64,000 bases of DNA. It comes from an uncultured Planctomycetota bacterium. GTDB lineage: Bacteria; Planctomycetota; PLA2; JAEUHO01. This document shows positions 56,494 through 64,000 of this stretch, one piece after another (position 1 is the first letter of the stretch; every line of letters begins with the position of its first letter). Both the position numbers and the translations under genes were made by a program. The stretch covers positions 407,446 through 471,445 of the forward strand of contig CAWDIE010000004.1 of NCBI GenBank assembly GCA_963802335.1, given 5' to 3'. Under the pieces are notes generated by a model. The model was not told where the DNA came from. It saw only the letters and a list, made by a program, of their open reading frames with translations, and did no database searches.

Positions 56494-57762
56494 CTAGCGT
56501 GCCAATCGGAATCCCGAGAACTGCCAGCGCGCGTCCGCCGGAAAGAAGTTGCGGTAGGTCACGCGCATGTGATCTCGACTCGTCGCGCAGGAGCCTCCGC
56601 GCAGGACGAATTGGTCGCACATGAACTTGCCGTTGTACTCCCCGAGTGCACCGGCAGCCGCACGGTAGCCGGGGTATGCCGTGTAGGGGCTCGCCGTCCA
56701 CTCCCACACGTCGCCGAAGAGCTGGATCGCGCCGTCCGTCGGTCCGTTCGCGGCGCGGGGGTGAAGCAGGCCCGCGTCGACGAAGTTGCCCTCGATGGGG
56801 ACGCGCCGGGCGGCGACCTCCCACTCCGCCTCGGTGGGTAGTCGCGCGCCACACCACGCGGCGTACGCATCGGCCTCGTAGTAGCTCACGTGGCAGACGG
56901 GATCGTTCGGGTCCAGAGGCTGCAGGCCGCGCAGGGTGAAGACCTGCCAGCCGTCGTCGCCGCGGACCCAATAGTCCGGGTGACCGCGCGGCGCCTCCTT
57001 CATCTCCGCCCACGCGTTGGACAACCAGAACTCCGGGCGGCGATAGCCTCCGTCCTCCACGAACGCGAGGAACTCGCGATTGGTCACGAGACGGCTTGCG
57101 AGTTCGTAGGGCCTCAGCAGCACCTCGTGGCGCGGCCCTTCGTTGTCGTACGCGAAGCCGGCCGCAGGGTCGGCGTCGTCATGGCCGATCTCGTAGACGC
57201 CGCCTTCCCGTGCCACCCACTCGAGCGAGGGCGCATCCGGCGACGGCTCGTAGCGCGCAGCCCGAAGCGCCGGATAGAGGGGGTTTTGCGCCAGCACGTG
57301 CTTGATGTCCGTGAGCATGAGTTCCTGGTGCTGCTGCTCGTGATGGAGCCCGAGCTCGACGATGGAGGCCATGCGCTCATCGGACGCTGGCGCGTCGCCA
57401 TCCAGGTAGGCGCTCATGCGCCGATCGATCTCCTGCCGGTAGGCCAGGACGTCTCCCACCGTCGGGCGCGAGAGAAGCCCGCGACGCGGACGCGGAAACT
57501 GCTCGCCGACCGCGTTGTAGTACGAGTTGAAGAGCACCTCGTATGCGGGATGAAACGGCGTGTAGTCGGGGAGCACCCCCTTCAGCACGAACGTCTCGAA
57601 AAACCACGTCGTGTGCGCGAGATGCCACTTCGTCGGACTCACATCGGGCATGGACTGGATGACCATGTCCTCGGGCTCGAGTGAGTCGGCGAGGCTCTCG
57701 GACAGACCGCGCACGCGGGCGTAGCGGTCGAGCAGCGTCTCCGTGGCGACGTTCATGGCCAC
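56494..57762 (-). CDS. egtB: EgtB-like sulfoxide synthase (DinB_2 + FGE-sulfatase domains)
   Basis: The N-terminal DinB-like region (PDVSPTKWHLAHTTWFFE, HEQQHQELMLTDIKH) is followed by a C-terminal FGE-type region (GDVWEWTASPYTAYPGY, RGGSCATS). Confidence 0.75.
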   Translation of the reverse strand: MAMNVATETLLDRYARVRGLSESLADSLEPEDMVIQSMPDVSPTKWHLAHTTWFFETFVLKGVLPDYTPFHPAYEVLFNSYYNAVGEQFPRPRRGLLSRPTVGDVLAYRQEIDRRMSAYLDGDAPASDERMASIVELGLHHEQQHQELMLTDIKHVLAQNPLYPALRAARYEPSPDAPSLEWVAREGGVYEIGHDDADPAAGFAYDNEGPRHEVLLRPYELASRLVTNREFLAFVEDGGYRRPEFWLSNAWAEMKEAPRGHPDYWVRGDDGWQVFTLRGLQPLDPNDPVCHVSYYEADAYAAWCGARLPTEAEWEVAARRVPIEGNFVDAGLLHPRAANGPTDGAIQLFGDVWEWTASPYTAYPGYRAAAGALGEYNGKFMCDQFVLRGGSCATSRDHMRVTYRNFFPADARWQFSGFRLAR

Positions 57763-57874
57763 TCCTTGCAGCAGACAGGGCGATACGATCCCTTATGGCG
57801 TCCCGGAGGACCCGCCGATACTACCGGCGACGCAGGCGAACGCCGTTTGCACCGCGTACGTGACGTGTGCGAGC

Positions 57875-58372
57875 ATGGGACCCATGGATGGCCTGCGAAG
57901 CGAGCGGCGACTCTTTGCTCTCCTGCTCTGGATCGGCATCTGCTTCTTGCCGGCGGCGTTTGGCGCCTGGCTGGGGAAGAGCGGTCTGGACACGTGGTAC
58001 CCGTCGCTGACGAAGCCCACCTGGACGCCGCCGGGCTGGCTCTTCGGCCCGGTGTGGACGCTCCTCTACTTCCTGATGGGGGTGGCTGTCTGGCGGATCT
58101 GGGTCCGGTTCGGCTGGGCCGGTGCGAGGGTGCCGCTCACGCTGTTCCTCGTGCAGTTGGTACTGAACGCACTCTGGACGCCTGCGTTCTTCGGGCTCCA
58201 GCGCCCGGGTCTGGGCCTGGTCGTCATCCTGCAGCTCTGGATCGTGCTGGTCGCGACGGTCATCGCGTTCGGCCGGTGCGACCGGCCGGCTGGCTTGCTC
58301 CTGCTCCCCTACCTGGCCTGGGTCAGCTTCGCCGCCCTACTCAACTTCGAGCTCTGGCGCCTGAATAGCTAG
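57875..58372 (+). CDS. tspO: TspO/MBR tryptophan-rich sensory protein
   Basis: It has five TM helices and the motifs WYPSLTKPTWTPPGWLFGPVWTLLY and LNALWTPAFFG. Confidence 0.85.
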   Translation: MGPMDGLRSERRLFALLLWIGICFLPAAFGAWLGKSGLDTWYPSLTKPTWTPPGWLFGPVWTLLYFLMGVAVWRIWVRFGWAGARVPLTLFLVQLVLNALWTPAFFGLQRPGLGLVVILQLWIVLVATVIAFGRCDRPAGLLLLPYLAWVSFAALLNFELWRLNS

Positions 58373-58591
58373 ATGGGCTTCGGCCGCGGCTGCCCCACGC
58401 CGCGCATCCAGCGCCAGGACGCTGCTCTTGGGCCCAGTTCTTGGGCCCAGCTCGTCTCCTCGGTCCCGCCCATGGCACCAGGGCACTAGGCCCCTCCGCT
58501 TGTTCACTTTTTTTCCTGGACGCCACCCGCGTCCAAGTCTATAGTTCGACGCGTTGACATTGATTGCCTACGGATTCGGAGGAATGGAACC

Positions 58592-59533
58592 GTGAAGCTC
58601 AAGACCATCGCATTTTCGCTGCTGACTGCCGGCGCCCTCACATTGGGCTCGGCCCCCCTCTACGCCGGCGACGGCTGCTGCGGTGGTTGCCAGGGCGACG
58701 CGCCCATGGCGACCGCGCAGGCTGACATCGTCGAGACCGCCATCGGCGCCGGCAAGTTCGACACCCTCGTCAAGGCCGTCCAGGCCGCGGGGCTCGTGGA
58801 CACGCTGAAGGGCAAGGGCCCGTTCACCGTCTTCGCACCGACGGACGCCGCTTTCGCCAAGGTCCCCGCCGAGACGCTCAACGCGCTGCTCGCCGACAAG
58901 GACGCCCTGGCCAAGGTCCTCACCTACCACGTCGTCGCTGGCGAGGTTCCGGCCTCCGCGGCCATGAAGCTCGACTGGGCCCCGATGGTCCAGGGCCAGA
59001 GCGCCCGGGTCGCCGTTCGTGACGGCTCGGTCTTCATCGACAACGCCAAGGTGGTCAAGGCCGACATCAAGACCAAGAACGGCATCATCCACGTGATCGA
59101 TACCGTGATCTTGCCCCGCAAGGACATCGTGGACACGGCGGTCGAAGCCGGATCGTTCAAGACGCTCGTCACGGCCGTCAAGGCGGCCGATCTGGTTGAC
59201 ACGCTCAAGGGCAAGGGCCCGTTCACCGTCTTCGCACCCGCCGACAGTGCGTTCGCGAAGCTGCCCGAGGGCACGATTCCCAGTCTCCTCAAGGACAAGG
59301 CGGCCCTTCAGAATGTGTTGACCTACCACGTGATCCCCGGTCGCGTCCTCGCGCAGGACATCGCTCAGGGACAGACGGCGGCCAAGACTGCCAATGGTGA
59401 GGAGTTCATCATCACCCGCAAGGCCGATGGGACGGTTACCGTCAACGGCGCGAAGGTCATCAAGACCGACATCATCGCCGGCAACGGGATCATCCACGTC
59501 GTCGACAGTGTGATCCTTCCCCCGAGCCCGTAA
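58592..59533 (+). CDS. secreted protein with two fasciclin (FAS1) domains
   Basis: A GTG start follows GGAGGA, then a signal peptide. The modules [29 protein letters not shown] occur twice. Confidence 0.85.
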   Translation: MKLKTIAFSLLTAGALTLGSAPLYAGDGCCGGCQGDAPMATAQADIVETAIGAGKFDTLVKAVQAAGLVDTLKGKGPFTVFAPTDAAFAKVPAETLNALLADKDALAKVLTYHVVAGEVPASAAMKLDWAPMVQGQSARVAVRDGSVFIDNAKVVKADIKTKNGIIHVIDTVILPRKDIVDTAVEAGSFKTLVTAVKAADLVDTLKGKGPFTVFAPADSAFAKLPEGTIPSLLKDKAALQNVLTYHVIPGRVLAQDIAQGQTAAKTANGEEFIITRKADGTVTVNGAKVIKTDIIAGNGIIHVVDSVILPPSP

Positions 59534-59547
59534 GCGTCGGGTTCTCC

Positions 59548-59587
59548 GGAGGCCCCGAGGGTCTGTGATCTCCCCATCGGGGCCTCC
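59548..59587 (+). terminator. hairpin after fasciclin gene (no U-tract)
   Basis: An 11-bp stem, GGAGGCCCCGA / TCGGGGCCTCC, flanks an 18-nt loop. Confidence 0.3.
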
Positions 59588-59831
59588 ACCTTCTCCTCGC
59601 CGTCACGACGTGTGGGTCGCAGGCGGCGACGCTCGAACTAGCGACTGCTACTGCTACTGCTGCTACTGACAACTGACAACTGAAACTGCTGCTACCAACT
59701 GCTTCTTCTGTTTTCTGTGCTTGCTCGCTCGCTCACCTCTCTCTCTCTGTCTCCCCCCTAATGCCCACGAGCGCGCGCGCAACACAGTGTTTGGTGGATG
59801 TGTCGCAAGCGAACATCGGGTGGATGTTCGC

Positions 59832-59870
59832 GGGGCCTCGACGCTTCGGCGTCGGGGCCCCATTTTCGTT
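59832..59870 (+). terminator. intrinsic terminator (13-bp stem, TTCG loop, U-tract)
   Basis: The sequence is GGGGCCTCGACGC TTCG GCGTCGGGGCCCC ATTTTCGTT. The U-tract is present only on the plus strand. Confidence 0.5.
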
Positions 59871-59926
59871 GGACAGACGCCGGGCCGGAGGGCGGCGGGG
59901 AGTAGGGAGACGGGAGCGAGGGCGAG

Positions 59927-60274
59927 CTAGAGAGTGATGACCTTCTCGGCCTTCCACTGCGCCGCGATGATGTCCGTCATCCCGCCCACGATGCCGACGC
60001 GGACCTTGTCCTTCAGGTCGTAGAAGTCGAGGCACGTGCTGCAAACGATCAGACGCACGCCCGCCGCTTCGAACGCCTCCAGCAGATCCAGGACGGGCGA
60101 GCCCTCGGCGACCAGATGCACGCCGTTCGTGTAGAAGCAGATCGCACCCGGCATCATCCCGTTCTCCTGCACCAAGGTCAGCCAGGTGCGCAGCAGCTTG
60201 CGGGCGAGCTCGGGCTCGGACTGCCCCATGCCGTCCCGGGTGACCATGATGAGGGTGTTGGATGCGTCGATCAT
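59927..60274 (-). CDS. DsrE/DsrF-like sulfur-relay family protein
   Basis: ATG 60274 follows GGAG. The 115 aa show a conserved pattern (ICFYTNGVHL, LIVCSTCLDFY, GGMTDI). Confidence 0.6.
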   Translation of the reverse strand: MIDASNTLIMVTRDGMGQSEPELARKLLRTWLTLVQENGMMPGAICFYTNGVHLVAEGSPVLDLLEAFEAAGVRLIVCSTCLDFYDLKDKVRVGIVGGMTDIIAAQWKAEKVITL

Positions 60275-60564
60275 CGGGCTCTCCTCACGCGCGCCCCACT
60301 CGCGGCGTGGGCGCGGCGTCGCCGGAGAGCCTACGAACCGCGGCCCGGGCCCCCGGGGGAAAAGCACGCGGCTTTCGGCGTGAATCGTGCGGGCCGATCC
60401 GATGAGCCTCTCCAGCGACTCCGCCCATGGCGGCCGTCCCGCGTGGGCCATGAGGGCGACGTCCCCTCGAAACCCGAGTCACGGGCCACGGCTGGAGGCC
60501 GCGGACACGCCAGTCGGTATGCCCCCTGCTTGCCGAATGCCCCTTCTTCCTCGACGGTGACCCC

Positions 60565-62388
60565 GTGGCACGCAACCGACTCGTAAGCATCCAAGACCTG
60601 ACCGTCGCCTTCGGCGGTGCCCCGATCCTGGACGAGGTCTCCCTACAGATCCACGAGGGCGAACGGCTCTGCCTGCTGGGCCGCAACGGCTCGGGCAAGT
60701 CGACGCTGCTACGCGCCCTGCAAGGCACCCTGGAACCCGACGGGGGCGAGATCATCCGGGCGACGGGTCTGAGAACGGCCATGCTGGAGCAGTCGATCCC
60801 CGACTTCGCCGACGGCGTGCACCGCGGTGTGGCCGACGTCGTGGCGTCGGGCCATGGCGGTGGCGCCAGGCACGAGGTGGAAGCGGCGATCTCCCGCGTG
60901 GGTCTCGAGCCCGACGACGACGTAGCCACCCTGTCCGCCGGCCAGAAGCGCCGGGTCCTGCTGGCGCGAGCGCTCGTCACCGACCCGCAGCTTCTCCTGC
61001 TCGACGAGCCGACCAACCACCTCGATCTCGACTCCATCCAGTGGCTGGAGGAATTCCTCCTCCGCCAGGGGCGCACGCTCTTCTTCGTCACGCACGACCG
61101 TGCCTTCCTACGTCGTCTGGCGACGCGCATCATCGAGATCGACCGCGGAAACCTCACGAGCTGGGAAGCCGACTACGACCGCTACCGCGAGCGCAAGGAA
61201 GACGCGCTCCGCGTCGAAGCGGGACAGCGCGCCCTCTTCGACAAGAAGCTGGCCGAAGAAGAGGTGTGGATCCGCCGAGGCGTACGAGAGCGCCGCAAGC
61301 GCAACATGGGTCGCGTCCGCGAGCTCATGGACATGCGCGAGGACCGGGCGGTGCGCCGCGACCGCACCGGCACGGTGAAGATGGAGGTGCACAAGGCCGA
61401 CGCCTCCGGACGCATCGTCGCGCGGGCGAAGGACGTGTCCTTCGCGTTCGGCGACAAGAAGATCGTCGAGGACCTCTCCATCGAGATCGACCGCGGCGAT
61501 CGCATCGGTCTGATCGGCCCCAACGGCTCGGGCAAGACCACGTTGATCCGTCTCCTTCTCGGCGAGTTGGAGCCCGACAGCGGCACCGTGCGTCTGGGCA
61601 GCAATCTCCAGATCGCCTACTTCGATCAACTCCATGCCCAACTCGACGAGCGCGCCACCGCCGCCGAGAACATCTGCGACCGGGGCGAGTTCGTCACCGT
61701 CAACGGCAAGCAGCAGCACGTCATCGGCTACCTGAGGAACTTCCTGTTCACCCCGGAGCAGACACGCTTTCCCGTGAAGGACTTCTCGGGCGGGGAACGC
61801 AACCGCCTGCTGCTCGCCCGCCTGCTCGCCCGCCCCTCGAACGTGCTGGTGCTCGATGAACCGACGAACGACCTGGACGTCGAGACGCTGGAGTTGCTCG
61901 AAGCGCTGCTCGACGACTACGAGGGCACGATCCTCATCGTGAGCCACGACCGTGAGTTCCTGGACGACCTCGTGACCACCACCCTCGTGCTCGAAGGCGA
62001 CGGTCGCGTAGGGCAGTACGCCGGTGGCTACACCGACTGGCAGCGCCAGGCCCAAGCGCAGCGAAAGGCCGCGCGGCGCGCGAAGCGAGGCGCCTCGAGC
62101 GACAAGGCAAGCGGGACCCCGGGCGGATCCAAGGCGACGCCCGCCAAGAGCCCGAAGCCCAAGCCCTCCCTCACGAAGGACGAGCGGAAGGCGTTGAAGG
62201 CTCTCCCCGCGAAGATCGAATCCCTCGAGGGGGACGTCGCCAAGCTCCACGACGCCATGGCCGCTCCGGACTTCTACAAGCAGGACGGCGCGGCGATCGC
62301 GAAGGCGCAGGCCCGGCTCGCCACGCTCGAGGCCGAGCTCGAAAAGACCTACGAGCGCTGGGAGGCGCTCGAAGCCAAGGCCACGTAG
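60565..62388 (+). CDS. ABC-F family ATPase (Uup-like, two ABC domains + C-terminal coiled coil)
   Basis: It has two Walker A motifs (GRNGSGKST, GPNGSGKTT), two signature motifs (LSAGQKRR, FSGGERNR) and a lysine-rich linker before the coiled-coil tail. Confidence 0.85.
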   Translation: MARNRLVSIQDLTVAFGGAPILDEVSLQIHEGERLCLLGRNGSGKSTLLRALQGTLEPDGGEIIRATGLRTAMLEQSIPDFADGVHRGVADVVASGHGGGARHEVEAAISRVGLEPDDDVATLSAGQKRRVLLARALVTDPQLLLLDEPTNHLDLDSIQWLEEFLLRQGRTLFFVTHDRAFLRRLATRIIEIDRGNLTSWEADYDRYRERKEDALRVEAGQRALFDKKLAEEEVWIRRGVRERRKRNMGRVRELMDMREDRAVRRDRTGTVKMEVHKADASGRIVARAKDVSFAFGDKKIVEDLSIEIDRGDRIGLIGPNGSGKTTLIRLLLGELEPDSGTVRLGSNLQIAYFDQLHAQLDERATAAENICDRGEFVTVNGKQQHVIGYLRNFLFTPEQTRFPVKDFSGGERNRLLLARLLARPSNVLVLDEPTNDLDVETLELLEALLDDYEGTILIVSHDREFLDDLVTTTLVLEGDGRVGQYAGGYTDWQRQAQAQRKAARRAKRGASSDKASGTPGGSKATPAKSPKPKPSLTKDERKALKALPAKIESLEGDVAKLHDAMAAPDFYKQDGAAIAKAQARLATLEAELEKTYERWEALEAKAT

Positions 62389-62404
62389 AGCCCACGTGAG
62401 GTCG

Positions 62405-63967
62405 TCAGCGAAGCTCGGCCTCGCGCAACGCGTCGCCTCCGTCGCCGGGGTAGCCCACGTTGCCGTAGCCGACCTCGCGGACGTGGATCAGCGTGCCCCC
62501 GCCCGCCTGGGCCAGCAGGGCGAGTTGCTCGGCGTCCACGTTCAAGTCCCCGAGCGCAATCACGTGTAGATCGACCCGGGCGAATCGGTTTACCCGCTGG
62601 AGCCACGACACCAGCTCGGGCATCGCCGTGATCTCGCCCTTCGTGGGCCGTCCGTCCGTCAGGAAGAACACGGTGTCCGGCGCGTCCTCGAGCTTCGCCT
62701 CATCGAGCGTCTTCTCGTGGAGCCCGAGGGCCGCGCGGATGGCACCGTGGAAGTTGGTCTCTCCACGCGGCTGGAGCCGCTCGACGGCACTCTGGGCGGC
62801 CGCCTGGTTGGGGGCGTTGGCCGCCACCATGCGGTCGTTCCACACCTTCACGGTGGATTGGAAGAACACCAGCCGAAAGCGCGTACGGGGATCGAGTCGA
62901 CGGAGCGACCCGAGAAGCGCCTGCTGCGCGATGTCCATGCGCCGCCCTTGGATCGGGATGTTGCCGAGCCGCTTGGCCTGCTCAGGAACGATCTCCATGT
63001 TGATCTTCATGGAGTCGCTGACGTCCAGGACGAAACCGACGCTGCGCGAGAAGAACTCCTTGCCGTAGTAGTCGTTCTTCGACGGCCGGTCGACCGTCTT
63101 GCCGTCCCCCTGGTTCGCGTAGCGTCCCGCCGAGGTCTGGGTGGCGTCTTTCTCGGGACGCGGCCCAAGACCGCCGTACGTCTCCTTCTGGTCCTTCCAC
63201 CAGCGCCGCCACGACTCGGGGTTCTCCCCTAAGTCGTCGTGGGTCAACGCCGCGAGCGCCGCATGCACGTCCTTGTAGAGACGCCCGTGCTCCATGCCGT
63301 AGCGCTCGATGAGTGGGGCGATCGCCTCCTCGGTCCCGATGCGACTCAGAGCCTGGTAGGCGACGAGCCGCACCTGCCAGCGCTTGTCCTCGACCCGCTC
63401 GAGGATCTTCTCCGTGGCCTCCTTGGACGGCACACCCGTGGAGGCCAAGGCGTCCGCGATGAGCAGCCACGCCTTGTGGTCCTTCTCGCCCAGCGCGCGG
63501 AGGAGCTCGTCGCGCGAGGGTCCGGCGCCCATCCGGTGCAAGGCTTCGGCGGCGTTGGCGCGCACGAGCCAGTAGGAATCGTCGAGCAGCGTCTCGAGGA
63601 TGGGACGGCTGCGCTCGTCCCGTAGCGCACCGAGCGCGCGCACCACGGCGGCACGCACCGCCCCCTCCGGGTGGTAGAGCCCGTCCCGCCGGAGATAGGC
63701 GAGGATCTCCGGCGACGTCGTCTTGCGCAGCAGGAGATGGACCGTCTCGCGCACCAGGTCCCCGGCGCCGATCAGTCGCTCGAGCACGACCGCGGCCACC
63801 TTGACGTCGCGAATCTCATCGAGGCCCCGCAAGCGCCCAGCCAGGACCTCGGGGTCCAGGGTCGAGCGGATCGCCTCTCGCTCCCGACGCGTGGGGTCGT
63901 CCGGATCCCCGCCGTCTTCCTTGGGCTCGGGCCCCAATCGCCGCCGCTTCCCCGTGACGCGTTCCAC
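62405..63967 (-). CDS. HEAT-repeat + VWA domain protein (paralogue of 5187..7370)
   Basis: N-terminal HEAT repeats (AVRAAVVRALGALRDERS) are followed by VWA motifs LDVSDSM, GETNFHGAI and FFLTDGRPTKG. The N-terminus lies close to the window edge. Confidence 0.7.
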   Translation of the reverse strand: MERVTGKRRRLGPEPKEDGGDPDDPTRREREAIRSTLDPEVLAGRLRGLDEIRDVKVAAVVLERLIGAGDLVRETVHLLLRKTTSPEILAYLRRDGLYHPEGAVRAAVVRALGALRDERSRPILETLLDDSYWLVRANAAEALHRMGAGPSRDELLRALGEKDHKAWLLIADALASTGVPSKEATEKILERVEDKRWQVRLVAYQALSRIGTEEAIAPLIERYGMEHGRLYKDVHAALAALTHDDLGENPESWRRWWKDQKETYGGLGPRPEKDATQTSAGRYANQGDGKTVDRPSKNDYYGKEFFSRSVGFVLDVSDSMKINMEIVPEQAKRLGNIPIQGRRMDIAQQALLGSLRRLDPRTRFRLVFFQSTVKVWNDRMVAANAPNQAAAQSAVERLQPRGETNFHGAIRAALGLHEKTLDEAKLEDAPDTVFFLTDGRPTKGEITAMPELVSWLQRVNRFARVDLHVIALGDLNVDAEQLALLAQAGGGTLIHVREVGYGNVGYPGDGGDALREAELR

Positions 63968-64000
63968 CCAGCGCTCGTGATACTGCTCGGGCGTGATGCC

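Noticed and set aside
59490-59863. Small minus-strand ORFs (59490..59672, 59663..59863) in the CT-rich spacer
   Set aside because: The peptides are low-complexity (VAAVAVAVASSS, KQKKQ) and generated by the microsatellite-like DNA. There is no RBS and no coding-type composition.

Overview
This is a 64-kb window of a very GC-rich bacterial chromosome, roughly 68-70% by eye. The gene content includes a DUF1570-type HExxH/TPR protein, HEAT+VWA paralogues, an exosortase-family protein, fasciclin, CarboxypepD_reg repeat proteins and an ECF sigma factor. That mix is reminiscent of Planctomycetota/Myxococcota-like lineages, but taxonomy cannot be settled from sequence alone. Positions 1-29.9 kb and 52.5-64 kb look like ordinary backbone. 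They encode hydrolases, VWA/HEAT proteins, PadR, a spermidine-synthase-like membrane protein, a CNNM transporter, an IMPase, YeiH, SPFH, a PP2C phosphatase, an OPT transporter, an EncFtn-like ferritin, USP, CBS, an EgtB-like protein, TspO, fasciclin and an ABC-F ATPase. Positions ~29.9-52.4 kb are an accessory island anchored on a tRNA-Gly(CCC) gene (52405-52480, minus strand). The island holds five nucleotidyltransferase-fold cassettes (including MNT/HepT and an AbiEii-like protein) and decayed DUF433/DUF5615 and intact DUF4160/DUF2442 pairs. It also holds three IS elements: an IS4-like copy nested in an IS21-like copy that splits a CarboxypepD_reg gene, and an rve-type IS that splits a repeat unit. 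Gene-fragment mosaics are present too. The most unusual signal is the repeat architecture. There are nine copies of the tRNA-Gly 3' end in 14 kb. Three are 49-nt att-like cores flanked by triple GGTTCCCC repeats, five sit in full or partial ~213-bp hairpin-rich units that end in a tRNA-like T-arm/acceptor/CCA, and the ninth is the intact tRNA gene itself. No recombinase of the integrase type is visible. Several genes show single-nucleotide frame disruptions, often at short homopolymers, so consensus errors and true pseudogenes cannot be told apart here. Most long R/P/G/A-rich ORFs in the track are shadow ORFs of GC-rich coding strands and were not called.
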